Source: Pseudomonadota bacterium
GTDB taxonomy: Bacteria; Pseudomonadota; Gammaproteobacteria; Pseudomonadales; Oleiphilaceae
Direction: 5' to 3'
Assembly: GCA_051745655.1 (NCBI GenBank)
Contig: JBNJEG010000001.1
Span: 1 to 60,956 of the forward strand
DNA length: 60,956 bases
Of this stretch, positions 8,690-20,711 are shown piece by piece. The position numbers were made by a program, and so were the translations under genes. The notes under the pieces are model-generated. The model searched no databases, was not told the origin of the DNA, and worked only from the letters and a program-made list of their open reading frames with translations. Each line of letters starts with the position of its first letter. Position 1 is the first letter of the stretch.

Positions 8690-9628
8690 GTGGCCATGGT
8701 GCACGAGTCCGTACTGCAAGAGGAAGCTGTTGATGCACTGGTGACCACACCGGCTGGTCAGTACGTTGATGCGACGTTCGGCCGGGGTGGCCACAGCCGC
8801 GCGATCCTCGAGCGCCTGGATGACAGTGGCCGGCTTCTGGTCGTGGACCGTGATCCGGAAGCGATCCGTGTTGCGCGCGAGCTGGCGGAACAGGATCCAC
8901 GAGTGAGCGTCCAGCGTGGTGCCTTCCGCGATCTGGCAGCTCTGTTGGACGAGACCGGCTGGTCCTGGGTGGATGGTGTTCTGCTGGATCTGGGGGTCTC
9001 TTCGCCGCAGCTGGACGAACCCGAGCGTGGTTTCAGTTTTCGTAACGATGGCCCCCTGGACATGCGCATGGATCCGGATTCCGGCCAGAGTGCTGCTGAC
9101 TGGCTTGCCGAAGAGGATGAAAAGGAGATCGCCCGTGTCCTGCGGGAGTACGGCGAGGAGCGGTTTGCAAAGCGGATTGCGCGACGGATCGTGGAGGCTC
9201 GGCAGGAGCAGCCAGTGACTCGCACTGCGCAGCTGGCCGAGCTGATCCGGGAGGCGGTCCCGTTCGAGGATCGTTACAAGCACCCGGCCACGCGTTCGTT
9301 CCAGGCGATCCGGATACAGGTTAACGAGGAGCTGCCGCAGCTCGATGAAGCGCTCCAGCAAGCGGCGGACCACCTCAAGACAGGGGGGCGGCTGGTGGTA
9401 ATCAGCTTTCACTCGCTGGAGGACCGTCGGGTCAAGCGTTTCATGCGGGATCGCAGTCGCGGTCCGCAGTTGCCGCGCGGAGTGCCGGTAACCGCGGAGA
9501 AAGAAGAGAGCGGGTTCCGGACCCTCGGCCGCGCTATTCAGGCATCCGAAGAAGAGCGCAGCGTCAATGTCCGTTCACGGAGTGCGGTTATGCGCGTGCT
9601 TGAGTGCTGCCGCGGAGGGGAGGCCTGA
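8690..9628 (+). CDS. rsmH: 16S rRNA m4C1402 methyltransferase
   Basis: [37 protein letters not shown]; alternative start ATG 8696. Confidence 0.98.
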   Translation: MAMVHESVLQEEAVDALVTTPAGQYVDATFGRGGHSRAILERLDDSGRLLVVDRDPEAIRVARELAEQDPRVSVQRGAFRDLAALLDETGWSWVDGVLLDLGVSSPQLDEPERGFSFRNDGPLDMRMDPDSGQSAADWLAEEDEKEIARVLREYGEERFAKRIARRIVEARQEQPVTRTAQLAELIREAVPFEDRYKHPATRSFQAIRIQVNEELPQLDEALQQAADHLKTGGRLVVISFHSLEDRRVKRFMRDRSRGPQLPRGVPVTAEKEESGFRTLGRAIQASEEERSVNVRSRSAVMRVLECCRGGEA

Positions 9629-9630
9629 TT

Positions 9631-10008
9631 ATGGGGGCAACGACGGTCAGGCCCACTGCCGAGGGGCGGGCCATGCGCTGGCGCGAGGTCCTGGATGCGG
9701 CGAGCCGTATTTCCGGGCGCATTTTTTACGGTCTGTGGGACTCCAGGGTGCTGGTGACGCTGCTGATGTTGATCACCCTGACGGTATCGGCGCTGGCAGT
9801 GGTGTATGCCTCTCATCTTAACCGGTCCCTCTACGGCAACCTCACGGATCTGCAGGACGAACGGGATGCCTATCAGCGCCAGTGGACACAGCTTCTGCTT
9901 GAGCAGAGCGCACTCAGTGCGCACAGCCATGTGGAAGGGCGTGCGACGCGGGAACTGGAAATGAAGGTTCCCGTGCGTGAAGACATTGTTGTAGTGACAA
10001 CGCGGTAA
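9631..10008 (+). CDS. ftsL: Cell division protein FtsL
   Basis: Single TM followed by coiled coil with QWTQLLLEQSAL; lies between rsmH and ftsI; start uncertain (9631 or 9673). Confidence 0.9.
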   Translation: MGATTVRPTAEGRAMRWREVLDAASRISGRIFYGLWDSRVLVTLLMLITLTVSALAVVYASHLNRSLYGNLTDLQDERDAYQRQWTQLLLEQSALSAHSHVEGRATRELEMKVPVREDIVVVTTR

Positions 10009-10012
10009 ATTC

Positions 10013-11752
10013 ATGGCGGAACAAAAACACCAACAGGCCGCTCAAAAGCAGAATCGCGCGCCCATGGCTCCGTGGCGGCACCTGCTGGTGCTCATCGCCG
10101 TCCTGGGGTCGGCGGTGGCGGTTGCCGGCCGGTTGGTGGAACTTCAGGTCCTCGACCATGAATTCCTGCGGGAACAGGGGGAGGCCCGGACAGCAAGGGT
10201 TGAGCCCATTGACGCCAACCGTGGCGTCATCCGTGATCGCAACGGCGAGCCCCTCGCCGTAAGCACCCCTGTTGATACCCTCTGGGCCAACCCCAGTGAG
10301 CTGGCAGCGGATGAGCCGGAGGTGACCCGTCTTGCGGAGATCACGAACCTGGATGAGAAGCGCCTCCGCGAGCGGCTTGCGCAGAACAGCGAGCGCGAAT
10401 TTCTCTATCTGCGCCGAAAGGTACAGCCATCACTGTCGCGGGAAGTCATGGAGCTTGGTATTCCCGGTGTCTACAGCCGCCGGGAATATCGCCGGTACTA
10501 TCCGGCCGGTGAAGTAACAGCCCACATGGTGGGCTTCACCAACATCGACGAACAGGGTCAGGAAGGGCTGGAGCTGTCATTCAATCACTGGCTTCAGGGA
10601 GAGAAGGGCAGCAAGCGGGTTCTTCAGGACAACCGGGGTCGGACAATCCGGGATATAGGGCCGCTTCAGGAGGCGCATCCGGGTAATGACCTGACCCTGA
10701 GCCTTGATCTGCGGCTCCAGTATCTCGCTTACCGTGAACTCAAGGCCGCCGTCGAAGCCCACGAGGCGCGGGGTGGCACGGTCGTAATGCTGGATGTCGA
10801 CAGTGGCGAAATCCTGGCGATGGCCAACCAGCCAGCACTGAATCCCAATGATCGGGATCAACGCGACCCCGCACGGGTGCGTAACCGGGCCATCACCGAT
10901 CTGTATGAGCCGGGCTCGACCGTGAAGCCCTTTACGGCAGCGGCCGCTCTGGAGACCGGCGAGTTCACACCTGAGACCGAGCTGGACACGAGCCCGGGTT
11001 ACCGCCAGATGGGCTCGTATACGATCCGGGACAACCGGGATTATGGCCGCCTGTCACTGACTGACATGATTGTGCGCTCCTCTAACGTTGGGATCAGCCG
11101 GGTAGCGTCAGAATTGGACGGGGAGCAGCTTCAGGGGTTGTTCTATCAGGTCGGTTTCGGTCAGTCGACGGGCATTGGGTTCCCGGGCGAGTCCGTGGGC
11201 ATTCTGCCCGCCCATATGAATCTTCGCCCGGTCGAGGTTGCGGCACTCTCCTATGGTTACGGGCTGAGCGTGAATGCCCTGCAGATGGCTCAGGCTTATA
11301 TGACGCTGGCCAACGGCGGCATCCGCTACCCGGTCAGCCTTCTCAGCAACGAGGAGGCGCCCCAGGGACAGCGGGTAATGTCCAGCGAGACCGCCCGCCA
11401 GGTCCGGAAGATGCTGGCCAAGGTTGTCGAGGAAGGTACGGGGTCCCGAGCCAGTCACGGCATTTACCGCCTGGCGGGGAAAACAGGGACGGTCCACCTG
11501 GTCGGCACTGAGGGGTACGAATCGGACCAGTACAAGGCACTCTTCGCCGGCATGGGGCCGGCGCATGATCCGCAGATTGTCACAGTGGTCACCGTCGACG
11601 CACCGTCGCGCAGTGAATACTACGGCGGTGAAGTGGCAGCGCCCATCTTTGGACGCATCATGGGTGACGCGCTGCGGTTGCTGAATGTGAGCCCTTCCGG
11701 GGGCGCTTCCATGGCCGATGGTGCTTCTGACGACGACGGAGGGCAGGGATGA
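10013..11752 (+). CDS. ftsI: Septal transpeptidase PBP3
   Basis: RGVIRDRNG, SxxK (STVK), SSN, KTGT. Confidence 0.97.
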   Translation: MAEQKHQQAAQKQNRAPMAPWRHLLVLIAVLGSAVAVAGRLVELQVLDHEFLREQGEARTARVEPIDANRGVIRDRNGEPLAVSTPVDTLWANPSELAADEPEVTRLAEITNLDEKRLRERLAQNSEREFLYLRRKVQPSLSREVMELGIPGVYSRREYRRYYPAGEVTAHMVGFTNIDEQGQEGLELSFNHWLQGEKGSKRVLQDNRGRTIRDIGPLQEAHPGNDLTLSLDLRLQYLAYRELKAAVEAHEARGGTVVMLDVDSGEILAMANQPALNPNDRDQRDPARVRNRAITDLYEPGSTVKPFTAAAALETGEFTPETELDTSPGYRQMGSYTIRDNRDYGRLSLTDMIVRSSNVGISRVASELDGEQLQGLFYQVGFGQSTGIGFPGESVGILPAHMNLRPVEVAALSYGYGLSVNALQMAQAYMTLANGGIRYPVSLLSNEEAPQGQRVMSSETARQVRKMLAKVVEEGTGSRASHGIYRLAGKTGTVHLVGTEGYESDQYKALFAGMGPAHDPQIVTVVTVDAPSRSEYYGGEVAAPIFGRIMGDALRLLNVSPSGGASMADGASDDDGGQG

Positions 11753-13242
11753 GTCGTGCCGCGCACAGTCTCAAGACGCTTCTCCGGGATCGCGTGACCA
11801 TTCCATCTGTGCTGGATGTATGGGTCCACGGCATGAGTGCTGACAGTCGCCGCCTCAGGTCGGGGGATGCCTTTATCGCGCTCGCCGGTGCGGGTGGCGA
11901 TGCCTGGGCACATGTGGACGATGCCGTTGATCGCGGGGCAGCTGCCATCCTGTTGGATACCGGCGCGACGGATGGTGCTCCCAGGGAATATCGCGGGGCC
12001 GTCCTGGTTCCCGTGCCAGAGCTGGCTGATTGCATCGCGGGGCTGGCGGATTATTTTCATGACCATCCATCCGCTCATCTCACTGTGGTTGGTGTTACCG
12101 GCACCAACGGCAAAACTTCAGTGACCCGCTTTCTCGCTGAAATTCTGGAAAGAGGCGGTTTCCGCACCGCAACCATGGGCACACTGGGCTACGGATTCAC
12201 AGACGCACTGCAACCTGCCAGCCATACCACACCGGATGCGGTCCGGGTGCATGAATTGCTCGCAGAATTCCGCGACCAGGGTGCGAAGGCGGTGATCATG
12301 GAAGTCTCTTCCCATGCGCTCGACCAGGGGCGTGTGAACCGCGTTCGGTTTGATGCGGGGGTGTTCACGAATCTGTCGCCGGAACACCTCGACTATCACA
12401 CGGACATGGCGGCCTACGGGGCGGCGAAGGCGAGGTTGTTCACCGAGCATGAGCCGGAAGTGGCCGTCATTAACACCGATGATGCGTTCGGCCAGCAGCT
12501 TCTCGGCCAGTTGCCAGCGGAGACGCGTCTCTGGCGTTACGGCCGCGCGGACGAACACGGCGAGTGCCGTATCCTGGATTGCAATCCAGCACCTGAAGGG
12601 ATGCAGGCGACCCTGGATACCCGGGTGGGCCGGCTTCAGCTCAAGACCCGCCTTATGGGGCGATTCAATATCGATAACCTCGCGGCCGCCAGCGCCGCAG
12701 CTCTGGCCCTGGGTGTTCCGCCCGCCTTGGTCGAGGCGTCAGCGGCCGCGGTTGAAGCGCCGCCCGGACGCCTGGAAGCACACACAGCACCCAATGGCCC
12801 GAAGCTGGTCATTGACTACGCCCATACTTCGGCAGCGCTGGAGCACGCGCTGGCGGCCCTCCGGTTGCATGTGGATGGGGCGCTGTGGTGCGTATTTGGC
12901 TGTGGTGGCAACCGCGATCGTGCCAAACGTCCGGCAATGGGTGAGGTTGCCGCCCGGCTCGCGGATCAGGTCGTACTGACCGACGACAATCCACGTGACG
13001 AGGCGCCAGAGAGCATCGTTTCGGAGATCCAGGCCGGTATGTCGGACACGACCGCGGTCAGGGTCATCCATGACCGGGAGGAAGCCATCGGGACAGCGTT
13101 CCGGGAAGCCGGGTCAAAGGATCTGGTGCTCATCGCCGGTAAAGGGCATGAAACAACCCAGGAGCGTAACGGGAACCGGGTACCCTTCAGTGATGTCGCG
13201 GTTGTTCGCCAGCTGATCGAGCAGGGAGGTGATGCAGCATGA
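11749..13242 (+). CDS. murE: UDP-MurNAc-dipeptide:meso-DAP ligase
   Basis: GVTGTNGKT, MEVSSH, DYAH, DNPR (DAP specificity), AGKGHE. Confidence 0.97.
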   Translation: MSRAAHSLKTLLRDRVTIPSVLDVWVHGMSADSRRLRSGDAFIALAGAGGDAWAHVDDAVDRGAAAILLDTGATDGAPREYRGAVLVPVPELADCIAGLADYFHDHPSAHLTVVGVTGTNGKTSVTRFLAEILERGGFRTATMGTLGYGFTDALQPASHTTPDAVRVHELLAEFRDQGAKAVIMEVSSHALDQGRVNRVRFDAGVFTNLSPEHLDYHTDMAAYGAAKARLFTEHEPEVAVINTDDAFGQQLLGQLPAETRLWRYGRADEHGECRILDCNPAPEGMQATLDTRVGRLQLKTRLMGRFNIDNLAAASAAALALGVPPALVEASAAAVEAPPGRLEAHTAPNGPKLVIDYAHTSAALEHALAALRLHVDGALWCVFGCGGNRDRAKRPAMGEVAARLADQVVLTDDNPRDEAPESIVSEIQAGMSDTTAVRVIHDREEAIGTAFREAGSKDLVLIAGKGHETTQERNGNRVPFSDVAVVRQLIEQGGDAA

Positions 13243-14618
13243 TGCGGTCTTTCTCCCTGGCGGAAATCACCCCCCTGGTACGGGGCACCCTGAAAGGCAA
13301 CGACCTCTTCTTTACCGACGTCGGTATCGACACGCGGACCCTCTCCAGGGGAGCCCTCTATGTGGCACTGCGCGGCGAGCGTTTCGACGGCCATGACTTC
13401 ATCCGCGAAGCCGAGCGGGCGGGCGCCTGCGCGATTGTTGCCGAGCAGCAGGTGGATTCGACCATGCCTGTGGTCCAGGTCCGGGACAGCCGTTACGCGC
13501 TTGGTCGGCTGGCCAGCCTGAACCGCGCTGAGTTCGCGGGCAGGCTGGTGGGAATCACCGGCAGCTCCGGCAAGACGACCACTCGACAGATGATGCAGAC
13601 GGTGCTGGCTGAGGCCGGTACCGTTACCGCCACTGAGGGCAACCTGAATAATGAGATCGGCGTCCCGCTGACGCTTTTCCGGCTCGGTCCCGATGCGGAC
13701 TATGCCGTCCTGGAACTGGGTGCAAGTGGCGTGGGAGAGATCGCCTGGACAGGCTCACTGGCGGCACCGGAGGTGGGCATCATCACCAATGCCAGCGAAG
13801 CCCATCTCGAGGGTTTCGGAAGCCTGGAAAACATCGTTACCGCCAAAGGTGAACTGATTGATTCAGTGCGTGGCGACGGCACCGTAATCCTTAACCACGA
13901 TGATGCTGCCTTCCAGGAATGGCGCGCACGGGCGGGTCTGCGCCCTGTTCTGAGCGTGTCCGCCGAGGGGAACCCCGAGGCCAGCTTCCGGGCGGAGGAT
14001 GTTCACGAGGATGCTGATGGTCTCGTCTTTACGCTCAAGGCCGATGTTGTCGAACCCACCGAAATCCGGCTGTTGATTCCGGGGCGCCATAATGTCGCCA
14101 ACGCCCTGCTGGTGGCTGCGGCTGCGCACAGTCTGGGTCTGAGTATGAGCCAGGTTGCCTTTGGGCTCGCGAACACCCCTGCGGTTGCAGGTCGGCTGGA
14201 GCCAGTAACGCTGCGTCCCGGCGTTCGCGTTCTCAATGACAGTTACAACGCCAACCCCGCCTCCATGGCAGCGGCGCTGCGGACACTGGCCGCGATGCCG
14301 GCTCCCCGGTTCGCGCTGCTCGGCGACATGGCGGAGCTGGGCGGGGAGGCATCTGAACAGCACCGGGCTCTCGGCGAGCTTGCCCGGCAACTGGGTATAG
14401 AACAACTGATGGTCACCGGCGGACACAGCAGCGATTACCGCAGTGGCTTTGGTGACGGGGCCCACATTGACGAATCGCCGGAAGCACTGGCGGACGCGGT
14501 GTGGGAGCAACTCGGGGAAACCGCTTCGATCCTGGTCAAGGGCTCGCGCAGCGCGGGCATGGATCGGGCGGTGGCCCGTCTCAGAGAAAGGAACGGTGAC
14601 ACATGCTCGTCTGGTTGA
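13239..14618 (+). CDS. murF: UDP-MurNAc-tripeptide:D-Ala-D-Ala ligase
   Basis: [40 protein letters not shown]. Confidence 0.97.
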   Translation: MMRSFSLAEITPLVRGTLKGNDLFFTDVGIDTRTLSRGALYVALRGERFDGHDFIREAERAGACAIVAEQQVDSTMPVVQVRDSRYALGRLASLNRAEFAGRLVGITGSSGKTTTRQMMQTVLAEAGTVTATEGNLNNEIGVPLTLFRLGPDADYAVLELGASGVGEIAWTGSLAAPEVGIITNASEAHLEGFGSLENIVTAKGELIDSVRGDGTVILNHDDAAFQEWRARAGLRPVLSVSAEGNPEASFRAEDVHEDADGLVFTLKADVVEPTEIRLLIPGRHNVANALLVAAAAHSLGLSMSQVAFGLANTPAVAGRLEPVTLRPGVRVLNDSYNANPASMAAALRTLAAMPAPRFALLGDMAELGGEASEQHRALGELARQLGIEQLMVTGGHSSDYRSGFGDGAHIDESPEALADAVWEQLGETASILVKGSRSAGMDRAVARLRERNGDTCSSG

Positions 14619-15688
14619 CGGATTTTCTGGCGCAGTACATCAGCGGCTTTGCCGTATTCCAGTACCTTACCCTGCGGGGCATTCTCGGGGTGCTGACGGC
14701 CCTGCTCGTCTCGTTGATCATTGGCCCCGCCATGATCCGCCATCTTGCCCAGTACCAGATCGGCCAGGCGGTCCGGGACGATGGCCCCGAGACACATCTC
14801 AGCAAGGCCGGCACGCCAACCATGGGCGGTGCGCTCATACTGGTCGCGGTCGCGCTCAGTACCATTCTCTGGTCGGACCTGAGCAACCGTTATGTCTGGA
14901 TCACCCTGGGTGTGACGCTGGCGTTTGGCGCCATTGGCTGGATTGACGACTACCGCAAGGTGGTGGCGCGCGATCCGAAAGGGTTGCCAGCGCGTTGGAA
15001 ATATTTCTGGCAGTCGGTGATCGGTCTTGTCGCCGCAGTCACGCTTTACGCCACGGCGACCCTGCCCGAGGAAATAACGCTGATCGTGCCCCTGTTCAAG
15101 GATTTCGGATTGTTGCTGGGGCCGGTTGCATTCGTGGTTCTGAGCTATCTGGTGATCGTTGGCAGCAGCAATGCCGTGAACCTCACCGATGGGCTGGATG
15201 GATTGGCCATCATGCCAACGGTCATGGTCGGCGCGGCGCTGGGGATTTTCGCCTACGCCTCCGGTCATGCGAATTTCGCGGACTACCTGCAGATCCCGAA
15301 TCTGCCCGGCACCGGGGAGCTGATCGTATTCTGCGGATCGCTGATCGGCGCCGGGCTCGGCTTTCTCTGGTTCAACACCTATCCCGCCCAGGTGTTTATG
15401 GGCGATGTCGGCTCCCTGGCACTGGGTGCCGGGCTGGGTGTGCTGGCGGTGATCGTCCGCCAGGAGATAGTGCTGTTCATCATGGGCGGCATTTTTGTGG
15501 TGGAGACCCTGTCGGTCATTGTCCAGGTGGCGTCGTTCAAGCTCACCGGGCGGCGGGTCTTCCGCATGGCGCCCCTGCATCATCATTTTGAGTTGAAGGG
15601 ATGGCCCGAGCCGCGCGTGATCGTCCGGTTCTGGGTCATCACAGTCATTCTTGTACTCGTGGGTCTTGCGACCCTCAAGCTGAGGTAG
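14603..15688 (+). CDS. mraY: Phospho-MurNAc-pentapeptide transferase
   Basis: [39 protein letters not shown]. Confidence 0.98.
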   Translation: MLVWLTDFLAQYISGFAVFQYLTLRGILGVLTALLVSLIIGPAMIRHLAQYQIGQAVRDDGPETHLSKAGTPTMGGALILVAVALSTILWSDLSNRYVWITLGVTLAFGAIGWIDDYRKVVARDPKGLPARWKYFWQSVIGLVAAVTLYATATLPEEITLIVPLFKDFGLLLGPVAFVVLSYLVIVGSSNAVNLTDGLDGLAIMPTVMVGAALGIFAYASGHANFADYLQIPNLPGTGELIVFCGSLIGAGLGFLWFNTYPAQVFMGDVGSLALGAGLGVLAVIVRQEIVLFIMGGIFVVETLSVIVQVASFKLTGRRVFRMAPLHHHFELKGWPEPRVIVRFWVITVILVLVGLATLKLR

Positions 15689-15699
15689 GGCAGACAGTC

Positions 15700-17040
15700 A
15701 TGGCACTGATTGCATCCGATCGTCGCACGCTGATCGTCGGGCTGGGAGCTACCGGCCTGTCGTGCGTGCGTCATTGCCATGCACTCGGTCGCCAGCTGGC
15801 CGTGGCGGACAGCCGTGCCCAGCCGCCAGGGCTCGCCGAGGTACGCGAACGCTGGCCGGACCTGGAAGTGGCCACCGGCGCCTTTGATCCGGATTGGTTC
15901 CGTACCTTCGATGAACTCATCGTCAGCCCCGGGGTCAGCCTTGAGGAGCCGGCGATTGCGGCGGCCGCGGAGGCGGGCGCGCGCATTTCCGGCGATCTTG
16001 ACCTGTTCCGTGAGGCTGTTGATGTGCCAGTCGTGGCCATCACCGGTTCCAATGGCAAGAGCACGGTCACCACGCTGCTCGGGAAAATGGCGGCGGAGGC
16101 CGGTGTGAACGCTGGGGTGGGTGGCAATCTGGGCACCCCGGCGCTGGATCTGATAGCACCGGACGTATCGCTCTACATTCTGGAGGTCTCCAGCTTCCAG
16201 CTCGAACGCACCACGGACCTGAAAGCCGAGGTGGCTACCGTTCTCAATGTCAGCGACGACCACATGGATCGTTACCCGGACCGGATGAGTTACTTCCAGG
16301 CCAAGCACCGGGTTTTCCAGGGGGCTCGCAACGCTGTGGTGAACCTGGATGATCCCCTGAGCCAGCCGCTGCTCAACGAGGGCATGGTGCCGCACTTCTT
16401 TGGGCTCTTCCGGGTGGATCTGGGTGTGTTCAGTACGCGTGAAGACGAAACTGGCCTCTGGCTGACGCATGGGCTCGAGAACCTGATGCACGCCAGTGAA
16501 CTCGGCGTGGCCGGTCTGCACAATCTTGCAAACGTGCTGGCGGCGCTGGCACTGGGTAATGCCATCGGGTTTCCCATGCACCCAATGCTGGCCGCCGCAC
16601 GAAGCTTTCGGGGCCTGCCGCACCGAAGTCAGAGCATCCGTGAACATGATGGTGTTTTGTGGGTGAATGATTCCAAGGCCACCAATGTCGGCGCGACCCG
16701 GGCAGCGATCGAGAGTCTGGCGCCAGCCAACGGGCAGCTGGTGTTGATCGCCGGAGGCGATTCCAAAGGGGCGGACCTGCTGCCGCTCGCTGAAGCCGCA
16801 GCTGGGCGGGTTCGCCATCTGGTTCTGATGGGACGGGACGCGTCGCGACTGGAAGAGGCGTTTGGAGAACGGATTGCGAGCACCCGGGTGGACGATATGG
16901 AAGCGGCGGTTGCGGCCGCGGCCGCTCAAGCCCGGTCGGGCGATCGGGTACTGCTTTCCCCGGCCTGCTCAAGCCTGGATCAGTACAGCAGTTATGAGGC
17001 CCGTGGCGATGCGTTCGTCCGGGCGGTGGAGGCGCTATGA
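15700..17040 (+). CDS. murD: UDP-MurNAc-L-Ala:D-Glu ligase
   Basis: ITGSNGKST, EVSSFQL, DHMDRY, NDSKATN, LLSPAC; start reset to ATG 15700. Confidence 0.97.
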   Translation: MALIASDRRTLIVGLGATGLSCVRHCHALGRQLAVADSRAQPPGLAEVRERWPDLEVATGAFDPDWFRTFDELIVSPGVSLEEPAIAAAAEAGARISGDLDLFREAVDVPVVAITGSNGKSTVTTLLGKMAAEAGVNAGVGGNLGTPALDLIAPDVSLYILEVSSFQLERTTDLKAEVATVLNVSDDHMDRYPDRMSYFQAKHRVFQGARNAVVNLDDPLSQPLLNEGMVPHFFGLFRVDLGVFSTREDETGLWLTHGLENLMHASELGVAGLHNLANVLAALALGNAIGFPMHPMLAAARSFRGLPHRSQSIREHDGVLWVNDSKATNVGATRAAIESLAPANGQLVLIAGGDSKGADLLPLAEAAAGRVRHLVLMGRDASRLEEAFGERIASTRVDDMEAAVAAAAAQARSGDRVLLSPACSSLDQYSSYEARGDAFVRAVEAL

Positions 17041-18194
17041 CGGCCGTGGCGGGAACCATGCCCATACGCGAGCCGAGGCGGGAGCTTGTCGTGCTGCTGC
17101 TGAGCGCGGGGGTTCTGCTGACGCTGGGCATCGTGATGATCGGCTCGGCCTCCATGGATATCGCAACGGAAAACTATGGCAACCCGTTGCATTTCGTCCT
17201 GCGCCAGACCCTCTATGTGGTGTTTGGGTGCGTGGCTGGGCTGGTGGCGGCCAATATCCCCCTGGTGTGGTGGCTGCGTGGTTCCTGGCTGTGGCTGGCG
17301 GGCGCCTTTCTGCTTTTGGCTCTGGTGCTTACGCCGCTGGGGATTACGGTCAATGGCAGCACCCGCTGGGTTTCCCTGGGCGCCGCGAACCTGCAGGTTT
17401 CCGAAGCCGCCAAGTGGCTGCTGGTGGTCTATGTGGCCAGCTATGTTGTGCGTCGACAGGATGAGCTTGCTGAGACCTGGCCCGGCGTACTCAAGCCCCT
17501 GGCCATACTGGGCGCGGCTTCCGGCCTGCTCCTGGCACAACCGGATTTCGGTGCCGTCGTGGTCCTCATGGCCGCCGCTTTTGGGATCATCTTTGTCAGC
17601 GGGGTGGGCCTGGGTCGATTCCTGATTGTCAGCTGCAGCGGGGCCGCCCTGGCAGTCGTGGCGCTGTTCAGTCAGCCCTACCGGATTGAGCGCCTGGTTG
17701 CTTACCTCGATCCCTGGAAGGACCAGTTCAACACCGGCTACCAGCTGACACAGGCCTTGATCGCCTTCGGCCGTGGGGAGTGGAGTGGTGTCGGTCTGGG
17801 TAACTCGGTCCAGAAACTGTTCTACCTGCCGGAAGCCCACACGGATTTCATCTTCGCCATTGCGGCGGAGGAATTCGGGCTGCTGGGGGCAATGTTCATT
17901 CTCGTGACATTTACCGTGCTGGTGGTCAGTGGGCTGCGCATCGCGCGCCAGGCCAGGGATGCCGGAATGACCTTCGGCGCCTGTCTGGCCTACGGCCTGA
18001 CCCTGCTGATCGCGCTCCAGGCCTATATCAATATGGCGGTGAACACCGGTCTGCTGCCAACCAAGGGCCTGACCCTGCCGTTGGTCAGCTATGGCGGCTC
18101 CAGCCTGATCGTCAGTTGCGTGACCATCGGTGTGATTGCCCGTGTCCAGATGGAAGTGGAAGACCAACGTGCACAGGAGGGCGATGCATCATGA
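17037..18194 (+). CDS. ftsW: SEDS peptidoglycan polymerase FtsW
   Basis: NGSTRW, QPDFG, YLPEAHTDF, PTKGLTLPLVSYGGSS. Confidence 0.97.
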   Translation: MTAVAGTMPIREPRRELVVLLLSAGVLLTLGIVMIGSASMDIATENYGNPLHFVLRQTLYVVFGCVAGLVAANIPLVWWLRGSWLWLAGAFLLLALVLTPLGITVNGSTRWVSLGAANLQVSEAAKWLLVVYVASYVVRRQDELAETWPGVLKPLAILGAASGLLLAQPDFGAVVVLMAAAFGIIFVSGVGLGRFLIVSCSGAALAVVALFSQPYRIERLVAYLDPWKDQFNTGYQLTQALIAFGRGEWSGVGLGNSVQKLFYLPEAHTDFIFAIAAEEFGLLGAMFILVTFTVLVVSGLRIARQARDAGMTFGACLAYGLTLLIALQAYINMAVNTGLLPTKGLTLPLVSYGGSSLIVSCVTIGVIARVQMEVEDQRAQEGDAS

Positions 18195-19267
18195 GTCAGA
18201 GGTTCCTGATCATGGCGGGCGGTACCGGCGGACACGTATTTCCGGCCCTTGCGACCGCCGAAGCCCTCCGGGAGAAGGGGCATGAAGTTGCCTGGCTTGG
18301 ATCCCGCGGTGGTATGGAAGCACGCCTGATCGATGGCAGGGACATTCCGCTGTATCTGATCGAGGTGTCTGGCCTGCGGGGCAAGGGTGGCCTTACCCGT
18401 CTGGCAGCTCCGGTGAAGTTGGCACGGGCCCTGTGGCAGGCACTGGCGGTGGTCCGTCGGTTCCGCCCGGACTGCGTGCTCGGCATGGGCGGCTTCGTGG
18501 CCGGGCCCGGTGGCGTGGCGGCCTGGATGCTGCGTCGGCCGCTGGTGATCCACGAACAGAATGCGATTGCGGGAATGACCAACCAGTGGTTGTCGCGCCT
18601 TTCCGAAATCACTCTCGAGGCATTCCCGGGCGCCTTTGGCCAGAACACCATCACCCGATGCACGGGGAACCCTGTCCGGCAGGATCTGACCGGCATTCCA
18701 GCGCCTCAGGAGCGCATTGGTCGTGGGGAGCGGCTGAAGCTGCTGGTTCTGGGTGGAAGCCGGGGTGCGCGCGCCATCAACGAGGTGGTGCCGGAAGCAC
18801 TGGCGCTCATTGACGGTGAGCATCAGCCCACGATCCGTCACCAGTGTGGCGAAGACCATATCGAGAGTACCCGGCAGGCCTATACGAATGCTGGCGTGCA
18901 AGCGGACGTAGTGCCGTTCATCGAGGACATGGCCGAGGCTTACGGCTGGGCGGATCTGGTGGTTTGCCGGGCGGGCGCCCTGACACTCGCGGAACTCGCC
19001 TGTGTCGGCGTGGGCTCGGTGCTGGTGCCGTTCCCGCACGCAGTTGATGACCATCAGACCGCCAACGCCCGTTACCTGAGTGATTCGGGGGCGGCGCTGT
19101 TGATATCGCAGTCACAGCTGGACGCGACTGGTCTCGCACGCGAGATCGTCCGTCTCGCGGACGACCGCGAGGCGCTGCGGGCCATGGCGGAAAAGGCTCG
19201 GGAACTCGCAGTGCCGGACGCTACCGAACGTGTTGTCAATTATTGTCTGGAGGCGGCTCATGGCTGA
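18191..19267 (+). CDS. murG: Lipid II GlcNAc transferase
   Basis: [40 protein letters not shown]; start reset to ATG 18191. Confidence 0.97.
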   Translation: MSQRFLIMAGGTGGHVFPALATAEALREKGHEVAWLGSRGGMEARLIDGRDIPLYLIEVSGLRGKGGLTRLAAPVKLARALWQALAVVRRFRPDCVLGMGGFVAGPGGVAAWMLRRPLVIHEQNAIAGMTNQWLSRLSEITLEAFPGAFGQNTITRCTGNPVRQDLTGIPAPQERIGRGERLKLLVLGGSRGARAINEVVPEALALIDGEHQPTIRHQCGEDHIESTRQAYTNAGVQADVVPFIEDMAEAYGWADLVVCRAGALTLAELACVGVGSVLVPFPHAVDDHQTANARYLSDSGAALLISQSQLDATGLAREIVRLADDREALRAMAEKARELAVPDATERVVNYCLEAAHG

Positions 19268-20711
19268 GCGCAATACCAGCCCCATGGTTCACGATGTGCC
19301 CGAGATGAGGCGCATCCGCGGGATCCACTTCGTGGGTATCGGCGGTGCCGGCATGAGCGGGATCGCGGAAGTGCTCTACAACCAGGGGTACGAGGTCACC
19401 GGCTCGGATATCCGTGAAAGCGCCGTGACCCAACATCTGGGCGCGCTCGGTATCCGGGTTGCCATCGGGCACCGTGGCGAGAACAGTGCCGATGCAGACG
19501 TTGTCGTGGTGTCCAGCGCCGTGGACGAGTCCAACCCCGAGGTCGTCACGGCCCGTGAGAATCGGGTGCCGGTAGTGCCCCGTGCGGAGATGCTGGCCGA
19601 GATCATGCGTTACCGTCACGGCATCGCGGTGGCCGGAACCCATGGCAAGACCACGACCACCAGCCTGATTGCCTCCATTCTGGGCGAGGGCGGCCTGGAT
19701 CCGACCTTCGTTATCGGAGGCAAGCTCAACAGCGCCGGCACCAACGCTCAGCTCGGGCGCTCGCGTTACCTGGTGGCGGAGGCGGATGAAAGCGACGCCT
19801 CCTTCCTGCACCTGACGCCGGTGATCAGCGTGGTTACGAATATCGACGCGGACCACATGCACACCTATGGCGGAGATTTCGAGAAGCTCAAGCAGACCTT
19901 CGAGGAGTTCCTGCACAGCTTGCCGTTCTATGGAGTCGCCGTGATGTGCTGCGACGACCCACGGGTACGCGAAGTTGCGGCACGCATATCGCGCGCTGTG
20001 ATCACCTATGGGTTCAGCGAGGATGCGGACTACCGTGCCACGGATGTGGAAACCGACGGGTTCAGTATCCGTTTCCGCGCCATCCGCCCCGACGGGCACG
20101 CCGATCTGGATGTCCGCCTCCGCATGCCCGGTCGGCACAACGTTCTGAACGCCATGGCCGCGATTGCCGTGGCCACCGACGAGGGGGTGGGGGATGAAGA
20201 CATCCTGAGGGCGCTGGAGCACTTCTCCGGCGTTGGCCGCCGCTTCCAGGTCTATGGTGACTATCCGGTTGCTGGGGGGGAGGTCACCCTGGTGGACGAT
20301 TACGGGCACCATCCGCGTGAGGTTGAGGCCGTGATCCAGGGGGTACGCGATGCCTGGCCGGAGCGGCGCCTGGTGATGATCTACCAGCCGCACCGCTACA
20401 GCCGGACCAGCGATCTGTACGACGATTTCGTACGGGTGCTTTCCTCCGTGGACGTACTACTGATGCTGGACGTTTACCCGGCGGGCGAACAGCCCATTCC
20501 GGGAGCGGACAGTCGCAGCCTTTGCCGCAGTATGCGCCAGCGTGGCCAGCTCGATCCGGTGTTCGTGGAGGATACGGACCGGATCGAAGACCTGCTGGGC
20601 AACCTTCTCAGGCCCGGTGACCTGTTGATTACCCAGGGCGCTGGTGATATCGGCGGCCTGTCGGCGCGCCTCGCTGCAAATGGACTCACGGGCAGCGGAG
20701 GTGATCAATGA
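19260..20711 (+). CDS. murC: UDP-MurNAc:L-Ala ligase
   Basis: [31 protein letters not shown]; start reset to ATG 19260. Confidence 0.97.
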   Translation: MAERNTSPMVHDVPEMRRIRGIHFVGIGGAGMSGIAEVLYNQGYEVTGSDIRESAVTQHLGALGIRVAIGHRGENSADADVVVVSSAVDESNPEVVTARENRVPVVPRAEMLAEIMRYRHGIAVAGTHGKTTTTSLIASILGEGGLDPTFVIGGKLNSAGTNAQLGRSRYLVAEADESDASFLHLTPVISVVTNIDADHMHTYGGDFEKLKQTFEEFLHSLPFYGVAVMCCDDPRVREVAARISRAVITYGFSEDADYRATDVETDGFSIRFRAIRPDGHADLDVRLRMPGRHNVLNAMAAIAVATDEGVGDEDILRALEHFSGVGRRFQVYGDYPVAGGEVTLVDDYGHHPREVEAVIQGVRDAWPERRLVMIYQPHRYSRTSDLYDDFVRVLSSVDVLLMLDVYPAGEQPIPGADSRSLCRSMRQRGQLDPVFVEDTDRIEDLLGNLLRPGDLLITQGAGDIGGLSARLAANGLTGSGGDQ